Assembly: GCA_045863395.1 (NCBI GenBank)
Contig: BTVJ01000065.1
Coordinates: forward strand, 1 to 40,894
Source of the DNA: Myxococcales bacterium
Lineage (GTDB): Bacteria > Myxococcota_A > UBA9042 > JABWCM01 > BTVJ01
DNA: 40,894 nucleotides
Direction of reading: 5' to 3'
Shown: piece by piece, positions 18,348-28,206 of the stretch
Numbering within the stretch: position 1 is the stretch's first letter
How the letters are laid out: the number at the start of each line of letters is the position of its first letter
Made by a program: the position numbers and the translations under genes
The notes under the pieces: generated by a model
The model's input: the letters and a program-made list of their open reading frames with translations, nothing else
Told to the model about the DNA's origin: nothing
Databases searched by the model: none

Positions 18348-19064
18348 ATGGCCGTGCACGACGAGCGGCGGATCCTCATCGTCACTCCGACCTACAACGA
18401 GGCCCAGAACATCGAGCGGCTCGTCGACCGCATCCACGAGGTGGTGCCCGACGCCCACGTGCTCATCGTGGACGACGCGTCCCCGGATGGGACGGGCCAG
18501 CTCGCCGACCGCATGGCCGAGGCGGACCCGCGCGTCCACGTGCTCCACCGCGCGGGCAAGCTCGGGCTCGGGACCGCCTACATCGCCGGGTTCCGGTGGG
18601 CGCTCGCCGAGGGCTTCGACCTGGTCTTCGAGATGGACGCCGACTTCTCCCACCGTCCGGAGCACCTGCCCCAGTTCCTGGCGTTGGCGCGCGAGTTCGA
18701 CCTGGTGCTCGGCTGCCGCTACATCCCTGGCGGCGGCACCCAGGACTGGGGGCTCTATCGCCAGATGCTCTCCCGCGGCGGCAACCTGTACGCACGCAGC
18801 ATCCTGTGGCTCCCCTTCCACGACCTGACTGGCGGCTTCAAGTGCTTCCGCCGGGAGGTCCTGGAGGCCATCGATCTCGACGCCGTGCAGAGCGAGGGGT
18901 ACGCGTTCCAGATCGAGCTGACCTGGCGTGCCTGGCGCCGAGGGTTCCGCATCGCGGAGACGCCGATCCTCTTCCCGGATCGGACCCGGGGAAAGTCCAA
19001 GATGAGCCGGAAGATCTTCGCAGAGGCGATCTGGCGCGTCTGGCGCCTGCGGCTCGGGCGGTAG
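18348..19064 (+). CDS. Polyprenol-phosphate mannose synthase-like GT2
   Basis: PTYNEA, VDDASPDGT, KLGLGTAY, EMDADFSH, DLTGGFKCFRR, GYAFQIE and SKMS motifs; starts 1 nt after the upstream stop. Confidence 0.92.
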   Translation: MAVHDERRILIVTPTYNEAQNIERLVDRIHEVVPDAHVLIVDDASPDGTGQLADRMAEADPRVHVLHRAGKLGLGTAYIAGFRWALAEGFDLVFEMDADFSHRPEHLPQFLALAREFDLVLGCRYIPGGGTQDWGLYRQMLSRGGNLYARSILWLPFHDLTGGFKCFRREVLEAIDLDAVQSEGYAFQIELTWRAWRRGFRIAETPILFPDRTRGKSKMSRKIFAEAIWRVWRLRLGR

Positions 19065-19213
19065 CCCCCAAAACGACGCCTCTCGCGCCCGCACGCTCGT
19101 GATCACGACGCCCCGCATCTCCGCGCACCCAGTGAGCGCCTGCGGTGGCATACTTCCGATTCTCACGATTCGGTGTATCCTAGCGTGCTGACACAGACCG
19201 ACCAGGGAGCAGC

Positions 19214-22096
19214 ATGCCTGAGCCCACAGCAGCGCAGACCGTGCAGGGCCACAACACCGACGACCGGAACCTCCGGGACGGTGTCGAGCAGGACTGCTTT
19301 GACAGCTTCGAGCGCTTCCGCGACCTGGTGGAGGGCATCGCTGCGGTCGTGTGGGAGGCGGACCCGGACCGCTCGCTCTACGCCTACGTGAGCCGCCACG
19401 CGGAGCGCCTGCTCGGCTTCCCCGTCGCCATGTGGACCACCCAGCCCCACTTCTGGGTCGAGCGCATCCACCACAACGACCGGGCCCGCACGGTCCTCAG
19501 TGGCCGCCGCGCCGCCACAGAGGGGCGCGACCACGAGCTGGAGTACCGCATCCTCGGCGACGACGGGCGCGTGATCTGGGTGCGCGACATCGTCCAGGTG
19601 CTGCGCAGCCGTGACGGGCGCCCCATGATGCTCCGGGGGGTGATGACGGACGTGACGGCGCGCAAGCGGGCGGAGGAGGCCCTGACCGTCCGCGCTCGCC
19701 AGCAGGCCGCCGTCGCCGAGATGAGCCACCGCGCGATCACCCACGTGGAGTGCGGGGCGCTGCTCGCGGACACCGCCGAGCTCGTCGCCGTCGCCCTGGG
19801 CGTCCCCATGGTCGAGGTCCACCGCGCGACGCGATCGGGCGCCCTGGAGGTGGTCGCCTCCGCCGGCATGGACGGCGGCGTGGGGTCCCGCCCGGTGCGC
19901 CTGGCACCCGCTGCCGAGCCCGACCAGGCCTCGTGGGCGTGGCGGGAGGATCAGGCCGTCATCGCCGACGACCTCAGCACCGACGTCCGCTTCTCGCCAG
20001 ACCCCTTCCTGCTCGCTCTGGGCGCGAAGAGCGGCATCACCGTGGTGATCCCCGGCAACAAGCGCCCCTTCGGCCTGCTGAGCGCCTACGCGAAGCACCG
20101 CCGCAGCTTCGCGTCCCACGACCTGCACTTCCTCCAGGCCATCGGGCACATGGTCGCGGCCGCCCTGGAGCGTCTCCAGGCATCCGAGGAGCTGGCCCGC
20201 AGCGAGCGGCGCTTCAACCTGCTCGCCGCCACGGCGCCCGTGGGCATCCTCCAGACCGACGCGACGGGGCGCTGCACCTACGTCAACGAGCGATGGCGGG
20301 AGCTGGTCGGCTTCACACCCGCCGCAAGCCGGCGCCTCGACTGGCTCCGCGCCGTGCACCCGCAGGACCGGCGCCGCGTGCGGACCGCGTGGGGCCGGGC
20401 CGTGCGCCTGGGGGCGCCCTTCGCGGTGGAGTGCCGCCTCACCGGACCGGACGGCGCGGTGCTCTGGGGGCTGCTCCAGGCCCAGCCAGAGCGCCGCCCG
20501 GACGGCGCGGTCGTCGGCTGGGTGGGCACGGTCACGGACATCTCCGAGCTCAAGCGCGCGGAGGAGGCGCTGAAGGAGAGCCAGCGCAAGATCTCCTCGC
20601 TGATGGCGGACCTCCCGGGCATGGCGTACCGGTGCCGCAACGACTCCACGTGGACCATGGAGCTGGTCAGCGACGGCTGCCGGGAGCTGACGGGCTACGA
20701 GCCTGCGGATATCGTTGACAATGGGCGCTTGTCCTTCAGCGACCTGATCCTGCCCGAGGACCAGGCGATGGTCTGGAGCGAGGTGCAGACGGCAGTCCAG
20801 GCCCGCTCCCCGTATCGCCTCTCCTACCGCATCCGCCACCGGGACGGGAGCGCGCGCTGGGTCTGGGAGCAGGGCCGCGCCGTCTACGGGAGCGACGAGT
20901 CGGTGCTGGCGCTGGAGGGCTTCATCACCGACATCTCCGAGCGCAAGACGCTGGAGGAGCAGCTCCGCCAGTCGCAGAAGCTGGAGGCCGTCGGGCGCCT
21001 TGCAGGGGGCATCGCCCACGACTTCAACAACCTGCTGACCGCCATCCTGGGGTTTGCCGTGCTCGTCATGGGTCAGCTCGGCGAAGAGCACCCCCTGTGG
21101 CGCCGGGTCGCGGAGATCAAGAAGGCCGCCGAGCGCGCGGCGTCCCTGACGAGCCAGCTCCTCGCCTTCGGCCGCAGCCAGATCCTGCAGCCGCGGGTGC
21201 TCGACATCTACGCGGTGGTCTCCGACATGGACCAGATGCTCCGCCGCCTCATCGGCGAGGACGTGGACCTGGTCACCGTGCGAGGGCCGGTGCCGGGCCG
21301 GGTCAGGGCGGACCGGGGGCAGCTCGAGCAGGTGGTCGTCAACCTCGCCATCAACGCCCGCGACAGCATGCCCGGCGGCGGCCGCCTGGAGATCGAGGTG
21401 AGCGTGCGCGACGTAGCGCCAGGCTCCCGAGAGCATCAGGGCGGGCTCCCTGCCGGGTCCTGGGTGGTGCTCTCGGTGCGCGACAGCGGCGGCGGCATGG
21501 ACCAGGACACCCAGAACCGCATCTTCGAGCCGTTCTTCACGACCAAGGAGAAGTCGAAGGGGACCGGACTCGGCCTCGCGACGGTCTACGGCATCGTCAA
21601 GCAGAGCGGCGGCGAGATCCGCGTCGAGTCCGCGCCTGGCGAAGGGTCCCGCTTCGACGTGCTCCTGCCGCGGGTCGACGACGAGGTGGAGCCGGCGCGA
21701 AGGCGCCAGGAGGACGAGGCGGAGCGCGGGACGGAGACCGTGCTCCTGGTCGAGGACGAGGACATGGTGCGGGAGCTGGCCTGGCGGGCCTTGGAGATGC
21801 ACGGCTACCGCGTCATGGAGACCGGGCGCCCCGAGGAGGCCCTCGCCATACTGCGAGACTTCGAGGGCACCATCGACATCATGGTCACCGACGTGGTCAT
21901 GCCCGTGATGAGCGGGGGCGCCCTCGCGCAGCACGCCTCGATGCTGCGCCCGACCATGCGGGTGCTCTTCATGTCGGGCTACACGGACGACGCCATCGTC
22001 CACCACGGCATCAACGACCGCCGCCACGCCTTCCTGCAGAAGCCCTTCACCCCGAGCGACCTCGCCCGCATGGTGCGGAGCGTGCTCGACGAGTAG
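19214..22096 (+). CDS. Hybrid sensor histidine kinase (PAS-GAF-PAS-PAS-HisKA-HATPase-REC)
   Basis: [13 protein letters not shown]-box, [25 protein letters not shown] domain VEDE...TDVVMP...MSGY...KPF. Confidence 0.95.
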   Translation: MPEPTAAQTVQGHNTDDRNLRDGVEQDCFDSFERFRDLVEGIAAVVWEADPDRSLYAYVSRHAERLLGFPVAMWTTQPHFWVERIHHNDRARTVLSGRRAATEGRDHELEYRILGDDGRVIWVRDIVQVLRSRDGRPMMLRGVMTDVTARKRAEEALTVRARQQAAVAEMSHRAITHVECGALLADTAELVAVALGVPMVEVHRATRSGALEVVASAGMDGGVGSRPVRLAPAAEPDQASWAWREDQAVIADDLSTDVRFSPDPFLLALGAKSGITVVIPGNKRPFGLLSAYAKHRRSFASHDLHFLQAIGHMVAAALERLQASEELARSERRFNLLAATAPVGILQTDATGRCTYVNERWRELVGFTPAASRRLDWLRAVHPQDRRRVRTAWGRAVRLGAPFAVECRLTGPDGAVLWGLLQAQPERRPDGAVVGWVGTVTDISELKRAEEALKESQRKISSLMADLPGMAYRCRNDSTWTMELVSDGCRELTGYEPADIVDNGRLSFSDLILPEDQAMVWSEVQTAVQARSPYRLSYRIRHRDGSARWVWEQGRAVYGSDESVLALEGFITDISERKTLEEQLRQSQKLEAVGRLAGGIAHDFNNLLTAILGFAVLVMGQLGEEHPLWRRVAEIKKAAERAASLTSQLLAFGRSQILQPRVLDIYAVVSDMDQMLRRLIGEDVDLVTVRGPVPGRVRADRGQLEQVVVNLAINARDSMPGGGRLEIEVSVRDVAPGSREHQGGLPAGSWVVLSVRDSGGGMDQDTQNRIFEPFFTTKEKSKGTGLGLATVYGIVKQSGGEIRVESAPGEGSRFDVLLPRVDDEVEPARRRQEDEAERGTETVLLVEDEDMVRELAWRALEMHGYRVMETGRPEEALAILRDFEGTIDIMVTDVVMPVMSGGALAQHASMLRPTMRVLFMSGYTDDAIVHHGINDRRHAFLQKPFTPSDLARMVRSVLDE

Positions 22097-22119
22097 AGCA
22101 GCGGCCCCCCCATGGCGCG

Positions 22120-24627
22120 CTACTCGGGCGAGAACACGAAGGGGTAGGTCACCACCACGATCCCGCCCTGCTTCGGGAACACGATCTTCTTGATGACGGC
22201 GACGAGCCCCTTGGTGGTCTCCTCGTCGCCCAGCGTGTCCGACTCGACGCGCACCTCTGAGACCGAGCCGTCCTTGTCGATGGTGATGCGCACGACGATC
22301 TTGCCCTTCAGCGCGGGGTTGCTCTGCAGGGACCGCTCGTAGACCGCGCGGATGGCACCGGTGTGACGCCGGATCTGGCGCTGGACCGTCTCCCGGTCCG
22401 CGCTCCCCGACACGACGGCGCTCGCCACCTTGACCGCGGGGGCCTTGGCGACCCGGCCGCCGCCTTTGCCCATCCCCACAATGCGCCCGTAGCCGACGGC
22501 GCCGCCTCCTCCCGCACCAGTCCCCCTGAAGCCCATCCCGCCCGAGCCGTGCCCCATGAGGGCTGCGCCCTCGGCCGCCTTCATGGTGAAGACCCCTGCG
22601 ACGGGCATCGCCGTGGACAGGTTCACGCCCTCGGGAGCGTCGCCGGGCTGCGTGATCGTCCGGGTGGTGCCGTCGCCGACCCTCTTGGAGCGGTCGACGG
22701 CGACGAAGCTGGTGTACGCGGTGACCAGCCGGTAGTCGAGGCCCAGGGCGGTGATCTGCTCAACGACGCCCGCGTCGTGGCCACCCCAGAGGAGCCGGTC
22801 CAGGGACTCCACCCGGGCACGGGCCCAGAGGGTCTCCAGCGAGCCGTTGCGCTCCTCGCTGGCGGCGAGGTCCACCTGGATGGGGAGCGAGATCGGCGTG
22901 CCCTGGGAGGTGGCGTGCAGGGTGACGGTGGCGGCCCCGGGCTCGAGGTACCGCCCGTGGATGACCAGCGGTCGGGACGCGACCAGGTCCGGCAGCGCCG
23001 CGGGCTCCACGTCGGCGACCGCAAGGCCGCCCCAGTCGATGGAGATCCCGCTCAGGACCGGCCGGTCGATCATGCGGTAGAGCGCGGCGACGGCGCGGGA
23101 GGGGTCCTCGCGGCTGGTCAGGTAGACCGTGGCGCCGTTGCCCGCCTTGCCGATGCCGTCCATCAGCATGCGATTGACGCTCGAGCCCGTGCCGAAGCCG
23201 AAGGCCCGGGCCGTGAGGCCGCGCGCCTTGAACCCACGGACGAGCCCCTCGATCTGAGCGAGGATCTGCGCCTCGTTGCCCACGTAGCCGTCCGTCAGGA
23301 ACACGACGACTCGGTCTCGGCCCCGCTCCACGTCGGCCTTCTTCGCCGAGAGGGCGTCGGTGACCGCCGTCGCCAGGTACGTGCCGCCGCCAGCCATGGC
23401 GGCGTCGACGAAGCCCAGGCCCAGCCGCACGTTGCCAGCGTTGGCAGGCCGCGACGCCTCGAAGACGCGCCCGGTCTGGCCGGCGAAGGTGACGACGTTG
23501 AAGGTGTCCACGGGGCGCAGGCGAGAGATGGCCTGGCGGGCGGCGTCCTTGGCCATGGCGAGGGGGAGCCCGCTCATCGAGCCGCTCACGTCGATGACGA
23601 AGATCACCTCGCGGGGGGCGAGCACCTCGGTGGTGGCCGGCGGCTGGACGATGAGCTGGAAGAAGCCTCCACGCTTGACCCGGTGAGCGTAGACGGCGGC
23701 CGTGGGCGTCGGCGCGTCCGTGCGGAAGCGCAGCACGAAGTCTCGGTTCGGCAGGCGCTCGTGGGGCGCGAGCTGCACGATCATGGCGCCGTCCACCTCG
23801 GCAAGCTCCACGTCGTGGGTCGGCACCTCCAGGTCCGCCACGGGCAGGCCGGGGGCGATGACCACCTCGATGGAGATGTCGTTGCCGCTGCGGAAGCCGG
23901 CGCCGACGATGGGGGGAGTGACGCGCGAGGCGTCGGGCACCGCGTCCGTGTCGCGGGACCAGCCGGTCCCCTGCTTGCCGCCCTTGGCGCCGGGGATGAA
24001 GCGGGGGCCCACGACCATGGGGAAGACCACCTCCACCTCGCCCGCGTCCCAGGTGAGGTCCTGGACGTAGCGGATCACGACCTCGATGTCCTTCCCCGGC
24101 TCCATGTTGGCGATGCTCTGCGTGAAGACGTTGGGGCGCTCCTGCTCCAGCAGGGCCGCCGTGTGGCCGTCGCGCTTCGCGTCCTCGTAGGTGCGCCGCG
24201 CGTCGTCGCGGCGCTGGATCTCGGCCTCGATGAGCCGATCCCCCACGCGGATCTTCATGTCGTCGACGGCGCTGTTCTCGGGGAGGGGGAAGACGTAGAC
24301 CGCCTCGATGGGCTTGTCGAGGGGGTTCCTCCAGGTCTGGGTGACCTCGACGCGGGCCGTGAAGCCGCTCACCTCCATGGAGACGTGGGTGCGCTGGAGC
24401 GGCAGGTCGGTGGTCTTCTTGCCCACCTTCACCTGCAGGCGGGGCAGATCCCCTGGGTCAGTGAGGACCCGGCGGGCGGCGAGGAGCACAGAGTCGTCGA
24501 TGGCCTCCGGGGCGGCGCCGGAGGTGCTCCCCGCGCGGGTCGGAGCATCGAGCCAGGTGGTCACGGGCGGCGGCGGGGCGAGGAGCGCGCCGAGCAGCGC
24601 GGTCAACACGATGACGGTCAGGTGCAT
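22120..24627 (-). CDS. Secreted VIT + vWA protein with C-terminal TonB-like (AgmX/PglI-type) domain
   Basis: Signal peptide; VIT (EAVYVFPLP, LLEQERPNVF); MIDAS DVSGSM and FLTDG; LVTAYTSFVAVD; Gly-rich linker; C-terminal YERSLQSNPALKGKIVVRITI...YPFVF. Confidence 0.88.
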   Translation of the reverse strand: MHLTVIVLTALLGALLAPPPPVTTWLDAPTRAGSTSGAAPEAIDDSVLLAARRVLTDPGDLPRLQVKVGKKTTDLPLQRTHVSMEVSGFTARVEVTQTWRNPLDKPIEAVYVFPLPENSAVDDMKIRVGDRLIEAEIQRRDDARRTYEDAKRDGHTAALLEQERPNVFTQSIANMEPGKDIEVVIRYVQDLTWDAGEVEVVFPMVVGPRFIPGAKGGKQGTGWSRDTDAVPDASRVTPPIVGAGFRSGNDISIEVVIAPGLPVADLEVPTHDVELAEVDGAMIVQLAPHERLPNRDFVLRFRTDAPTPTAAVYAHRVKRGGFFQLIVQPPATTEVLAPREVIFVIDVSGSMSGLPLAMAKDAARQAISRLRPVDTFNVVTFAGQTGRVFEASRPANAGNVRLGLGFVDAAMAGGGTYLATAVTDALSAKKADVERGRDRVVVFLTDGYVGNEAQILAQIEGLVRGFKARGLTARAFGFGTGSSVNRMLMDGIGKAGNGATVYLTSREDPSRAVAALYRMIDRPVLSGISIDWGGLAVADVEPAALPDLVASRPLVIHGRYLEPGAATVTLHATSQGTPISLPIQVDLAASEERNGSLETLWARARVESLDRLLWGGHDAGVVEQITALGLDYRLVTAYTSFVAVDRSKRVGDGTTRTITQPGDAPEGVNLSTAMPVAGVFTMKAAEGAALMGHGSGGMGFRGTGAGGGGAVGYGRIVGMGKGGGRVAKAPAVKVASAVVSGSADRETVQRQIRRHTGAIRAVYERSLQSNPALKGKIVVRITIDKDGSVSEVRVESDTLGDEETTKGLVAVIKKIVFPKQGGIVVVTYPFVFSPE

Positions 24628-24697
24628 GGGGGCCTCCGGTGTGGGTCAGAAACGACCCACCCGCAGACGCCGGCCTCTCAGAGAAGTTCCCGCGAGG

Positions 24698-26236
24698 TCA
24701 GAGCGGGTAGCTCGGCAGGATGTCGATGGGCAGGTCCGACAGGGCCTCCACCGTCGCCACCAGCTCGGCCGGCGGCTCCCCGTAGCGGCCGGTGAAGGCG
24801 CGCAGGTCGGCCTCGGTGCCCTCCGCCTGGAGGCGGGTCAGCTCGTGGAGCAGCGACGTGGCGGCGGGCAGCAGAGCCTCCGGGTCGACCCCCGTGCGCC
24901 CGTCGCGGGCGCGGATGGCGCCCTTCTCTTTGAGCCACGTGTACTGGATGACGTTGGCCTTGCCGTGGGCCTCGTGGAGCCCGAAGCGGATCGACCGGAA
25001 CAGCCCGCCGAAGGTGGACGCCCCGATGGAGTGGCGCGACAAGGCGGGGATGCCGAAGCGCCCGTTGAACTGCATCAGGAGCACCATGGAGCCCGTGTCG
25101 GCCTTCGCCTCCTCGATGGCGGTGTACGACGCCCCGCACGCCTCCGACACCTTGCGGCCGTCGCTGCGATAGGCGGGCCCCAGGCCGTGGCTCACCTCGT
25201 GGAGCAGCACGTGGAAGAAGTAGGCGTCGAAGGAGGTCGCCTCGAAGTCCGCGTCGGCGAGCACCCGGCGGGCGATGGGGCGAGTGCAGGCGTCGAACTT
25301 GGCGCGCATGACGTTCCGGACCATGACCTGCTTCCAGCCGACCGTGGCGCGCACGCCAGCGTCGTTGGGCAGGTTGAAGGCCGAGGCGAGGATGCCCGCC
25401 CGCGCCTCCCCGGCGCCGAGCAGCTCATCGGCGACGACCATGGGCGCCATGCCCCCGAGCGCGGGGCGCGCGCCGGCGGGCACGGGGAACGCGGCCGCCA
25501 GCTCAGGGAGAGCGCGCTCGATGGAGGCGAGCCGCGCACAGGCGTCCCGGTCCACGGCGAGGAGCATCGCCTCGTAGAACGCCTTCTGGCCTTTCAGCGC
25601 GTCGGCGTAGACCTCGAAGGGGCCGATGACCACCTCCAGGGGGGCGTCCACGAGGCGGACCCAGTCGGCGTCCGATGCAGCCAGGTCGCCGTCCCCGACC
25701 AGCGCGGCCGCGCGGCCCCGCAGGAAGGCGGCGAGGCCGGGGTGATCCACCGTGTCGGCGGCGGCGCGCAGCCCGCTGGCCACCGTCGCGAGCTCGGTGG
25801 CATAGCGCGTCGCGTAGGGGACGGCGACCAGGGCGCCGTCACGCCGCTCGACGGCGGCGTTGGGGTCGAGGAGCGCGTCCCGGTCGTCCGGGTGCGCCTC
25901 CAGCCAGGCGTCCAGCGCGGCGGCGGTCAGGTCCGCCGGGTACACCGCCTTGCCCGGGAGCATGGGCGGCACGTCTGGCAGGAAGGGCTCCCCGCCCGCG
26001 AGGGTGTCATAGGGCCCGTTGAAGTACCGCAGGGCGCGCCGCGCCTCCAGCGACAGGTCCGGCCGCGCGAAGGTGGCGGGTACGTGCTCCCCGATTTGGC
26101 GCCGGTAGATGGCGTCGATGCCCTCGAAGGCCGCCGCGAGGTGCGGGAGCGCCGCCCGCGTCGCGGGAGAGAGAGCGCCGAGATCCGCGCCGAGCGTTGC
26201 CGGCGAGAGGCCGCCGAGGCGTTCGTCGATGTTCAT
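24698..26236 (-). CDS. Peptidase M49 (dipeptidyl peptidase III-like, HEXXH type)
   Basis: IGPFEVYAD, AFNLPND, HEVSHGLG, EEAKAD and FRSIRFG...EAHG motifs; start at MNIDERL. Confidence 0.88.
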   Translation of the reverse strand: MNIDERLGGLSPATLGADLGALSPATRAALPHLAAAFEGIDAIYRRQIGEHVPATFARPDLSLEARRALRYFNGPYDTLAGGEPFLPDVPPMLPGKAVYPADLTAAALDAWLEAHPDDRDALLDPNAAVERRDGALVAVPYATRYATELATVASGLRAAADTVDHPGLAAFLRGRAAALVGDGDLAASDADWVRLVDAPLEVVIGPFEVYADALKGQKAFYEAMLLAVDRDACARLASIERALPELAAAFPVPAGARPALGGMAPMVVADELLGAGEARAGILASAFNLPNDAGVRATVGWKQVMVRNVMRAKFDACTRPIARRVLADADFEATSFDAYFFHVLLHEVSHGLGPAYRSDGRKVSEACGASYTAIEEAKADTGSMVLLMQFNGRFGIPALSRHSIGASTFGGLFRSIRFGLHEAHGKANVIQYTWLKEKGAIRARDGRTGVDPEALLPAATSLLHELTRLQAEGTEADLRAFTGRYGEPPAELVATVEALSDLPIDILPSYPL

Positions 26237-26346
26237 GGTGTCGTCTCCGTGACCCCCCAAGGGTGCGGCGGCATTGTGCCCCACCCGGCCGGGGAGCAAC
26301 ACCCTCTGCGGAGCATGAGCGGTTGCGAGGGTGGCTTCTCGGCGGG

Positions 26347-27021
26347 TCAGCCCTGGGAGCCGGCGCGAAGGCTGGTCGCCAGGGTGTCGCGCTGCTGGGC
26401 GTTGTAGAAGTAGGGGTAGCGCGGGTGGCCGCTGTTGATCTCGGGGCGAAGCGTTCCGTCCGGGCGCAGGAAGAGCAGGCGCGGGACGTAGCCGCCGATG
26501 TCGGCGAAGCGCTCTTGGAGGAAGGCGGGCTTCTCGTCCTGGTCGGCGATCACCATCACGAGACCCCGGGTCAGCTCCTGGATCTGGGGGTCCTCGAAGA
26601 CGGGCGCCAGCGCCTTGCACTTCGGGCACCAGTCCGCATAGACCAGCAGCGCCATGTTGCGGTTCTCTGCGCGGGCCTGGGCGAGGCCCTCCTCCCACGT
26701 CTTCCAGGCGACGGCGCTCGTCCAGTGGATGTCCGTCGGGCTGCGCGGGGGGGCCGCGGGGGTCGGGATCACTCCGGGTGGGGCGGCGACCGCGGGGGCG
26801 GCGGTGCCTGGGGGCTGTACCGCCACGACCGGGGCCTGAGCCACGGCCGCCGGAGCCTGCTCCGCGGGTTGTTGAGCGGGCGCGGCCTGCGGCGCCGGCG
26901 CCACGACCTGGGGAGCAGCCTGGGGCTGCGCGGCCTGTGGTGGAGCCGCGGGGCGGTCGCCGTAGCAGGCACTGACCAGCACACTGGACATCCACAGACC
27001 GATCCTGATGGCTTGCTTCAT
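26347..27021 (-). CDS. Thioredoxin-fold lipoprotein, ERp18/AGR-like
   Basis: GGAGGAG RBS; lipobox VSA-C; P/A/Q-rich linker; WCPKC; GGYVPRLLFL. Confidence 0.85.
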   Translation of the reverse strand: MKQAIRIGLWMSSVLVSACYGDRPAAPPQAAQPQAAPQVVAPAPQAAPAQQPAEQAPAAVAQAPVVAVQPPGTAAPAVAAPPGVIPTPAAPPRSPTDIHWTSAVAWKTWEEGLAQARAENRNMALLVYADWCPKCKALAPVFEDPQIQELTRGLVMVIADQDEKPAFLQERFADIGGYVPRLLFLRPDGTLRPEINSGHPRYPYFYNAQQRDTLATSLRAGSQG

Positions 27022-27176
27022 GACTCCTCCGCGTGGTCGTCCCCCGGGGACCGGGTCATGGTGGCGATCCGCGCTCCGGGACGCAAGCGCGACGATTCGC
27101 CAGCCCGGGTGTAAGCGCCCTCGTCGGGCGCCGTTGTCCTCGCAACAGACGGACCACACCCCCCCGGAGGACGGCA

Positions 27177-27995
27177 ATGAAGACCTCGATGCTCCTGACC
27201 CTCGCCGCGACCACCCTCGGCGCCTGCGGCATGTCTCGCTCCGCCATGGCGCCGGACATGGCGCCGCTCCAGCTCACCCAGGTGGACGCCCCGGCCCCCG
27301 CAGCCCTGGAGCGCAACCACTTCGTGCGGGACAAGCCGGCGGGCCTCACGGAGGACGCCCTTCGGGAGATCCTCGCCGCGCCGGTCTACCTGGAGGACGG
27401 CGCCCGCATCGGCGTGCTCCCCGTGGAGACCGGCTACGAGCCCGACCCGGACCTCCCCCTGGCGGCGGTGCCCGCCTCGCTGAGCACGGCGCTGGAGGGC
27501 TCGGGCCTCTTCGAGGTGACGACCGAGGTCTCGACGGGCTTCCCCACGGGGATCGGCGTGGCAGGGCTGCGCGAGCTGGCGGCCCGCTACCGTTCGGACT
27601 ACCTGCTCCTCTACCGGCACCGCTTCGTCGACCGGAGCTACGTCAACGAGTGGGGCGTCATGTGGCTGACGGTCCTCGGGGTGTTCTTCGTGCCCAGCGA
27701 GACCCTGGAGTCGGCGGGCGTCCTGGAGGCGACCCTCTTCGACGTGAAGACCGGCACCATCCTCTTCACGGTGTACGAGCGCGTCACTGCGCGGTCCGAC
27801 GAGAACATCTGGCACAATGACAGGAAGCGCCGCGAGATGAAGCAGGCGCTCCTGGACGGCGCGGCGAAGAAGCTCGCCGACCAGGTGGTGTGGAAGTCCC
27901 AGCGCCTCGCCGCCGCCCGCCCCTCGCAGCCGGCGACGGCCGCGCGCCCCGTGGCCGCGAACCCGGACGGCAGCGCGAGCGGCGCGCTGGAGTGA
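27177..27995 (+). CDS. Lipoprotein of unknown function (resembles the rhombotarget-lipoprotein/CsgG-like group)
   Basis: GGAGG RBS; lipobox LGA-C; LRELAARYRSDYLLLY; hydrophobic WLTVLGVFFVP; EATLFDVKTGTILF. Confidence 0.65.
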   Translation: MKTSMLLTLAATTLGACGMSRSAMAPDMAPLQLTQVDAPAPAALERNHFVRDKPAGLTEDALREILAAPVYLEDGARIGVLPVETGYEPDPDLPLAAVPASLSTALEGSGLFEVTTEVSTGFPTGIGVAGLRELAARYRSDYLLLYRHRFVDRSYVNEWGVMWLTVLGVFFVPSETLESAGVLEATLFDVKTGTILFTVYERVTARSDENIWHNDRKRREMKQALLDGAAKKLADQVVWKSQRLAAARPSQPATAARPVAANPDGSASGALE

Positions 27996-28206
27996 CGACG
28001 ACCGGCGCCTCCGCTCCACACCCACGAAGGCCGCAGCGATGCCGGCGCGCGATCCCCTCACGACGCGGCCAACGGCGGGGCGGCACGTGAGACCAGGGAC
28101 CCGCTGGTGAGGGAGACCTCGCGAGGGCGTCGCGTTGCCCCTTCCGCTGACCTGTGCTACACACACCGGGTCGAGCCTCAACTCAAACTGGAAGGACGCG
28201 CCCCCC

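Noticed and set aside
19163..22027. Long antisense ORFs here and elsewhere (e.g. 1642..3435, 10364..13186, 16598..18385, 22363..24795, 34642..36279, 36273..38225)
   Set aside because: Expected stop-poor shadow frames of high-GC genes; no recognisable motifs.
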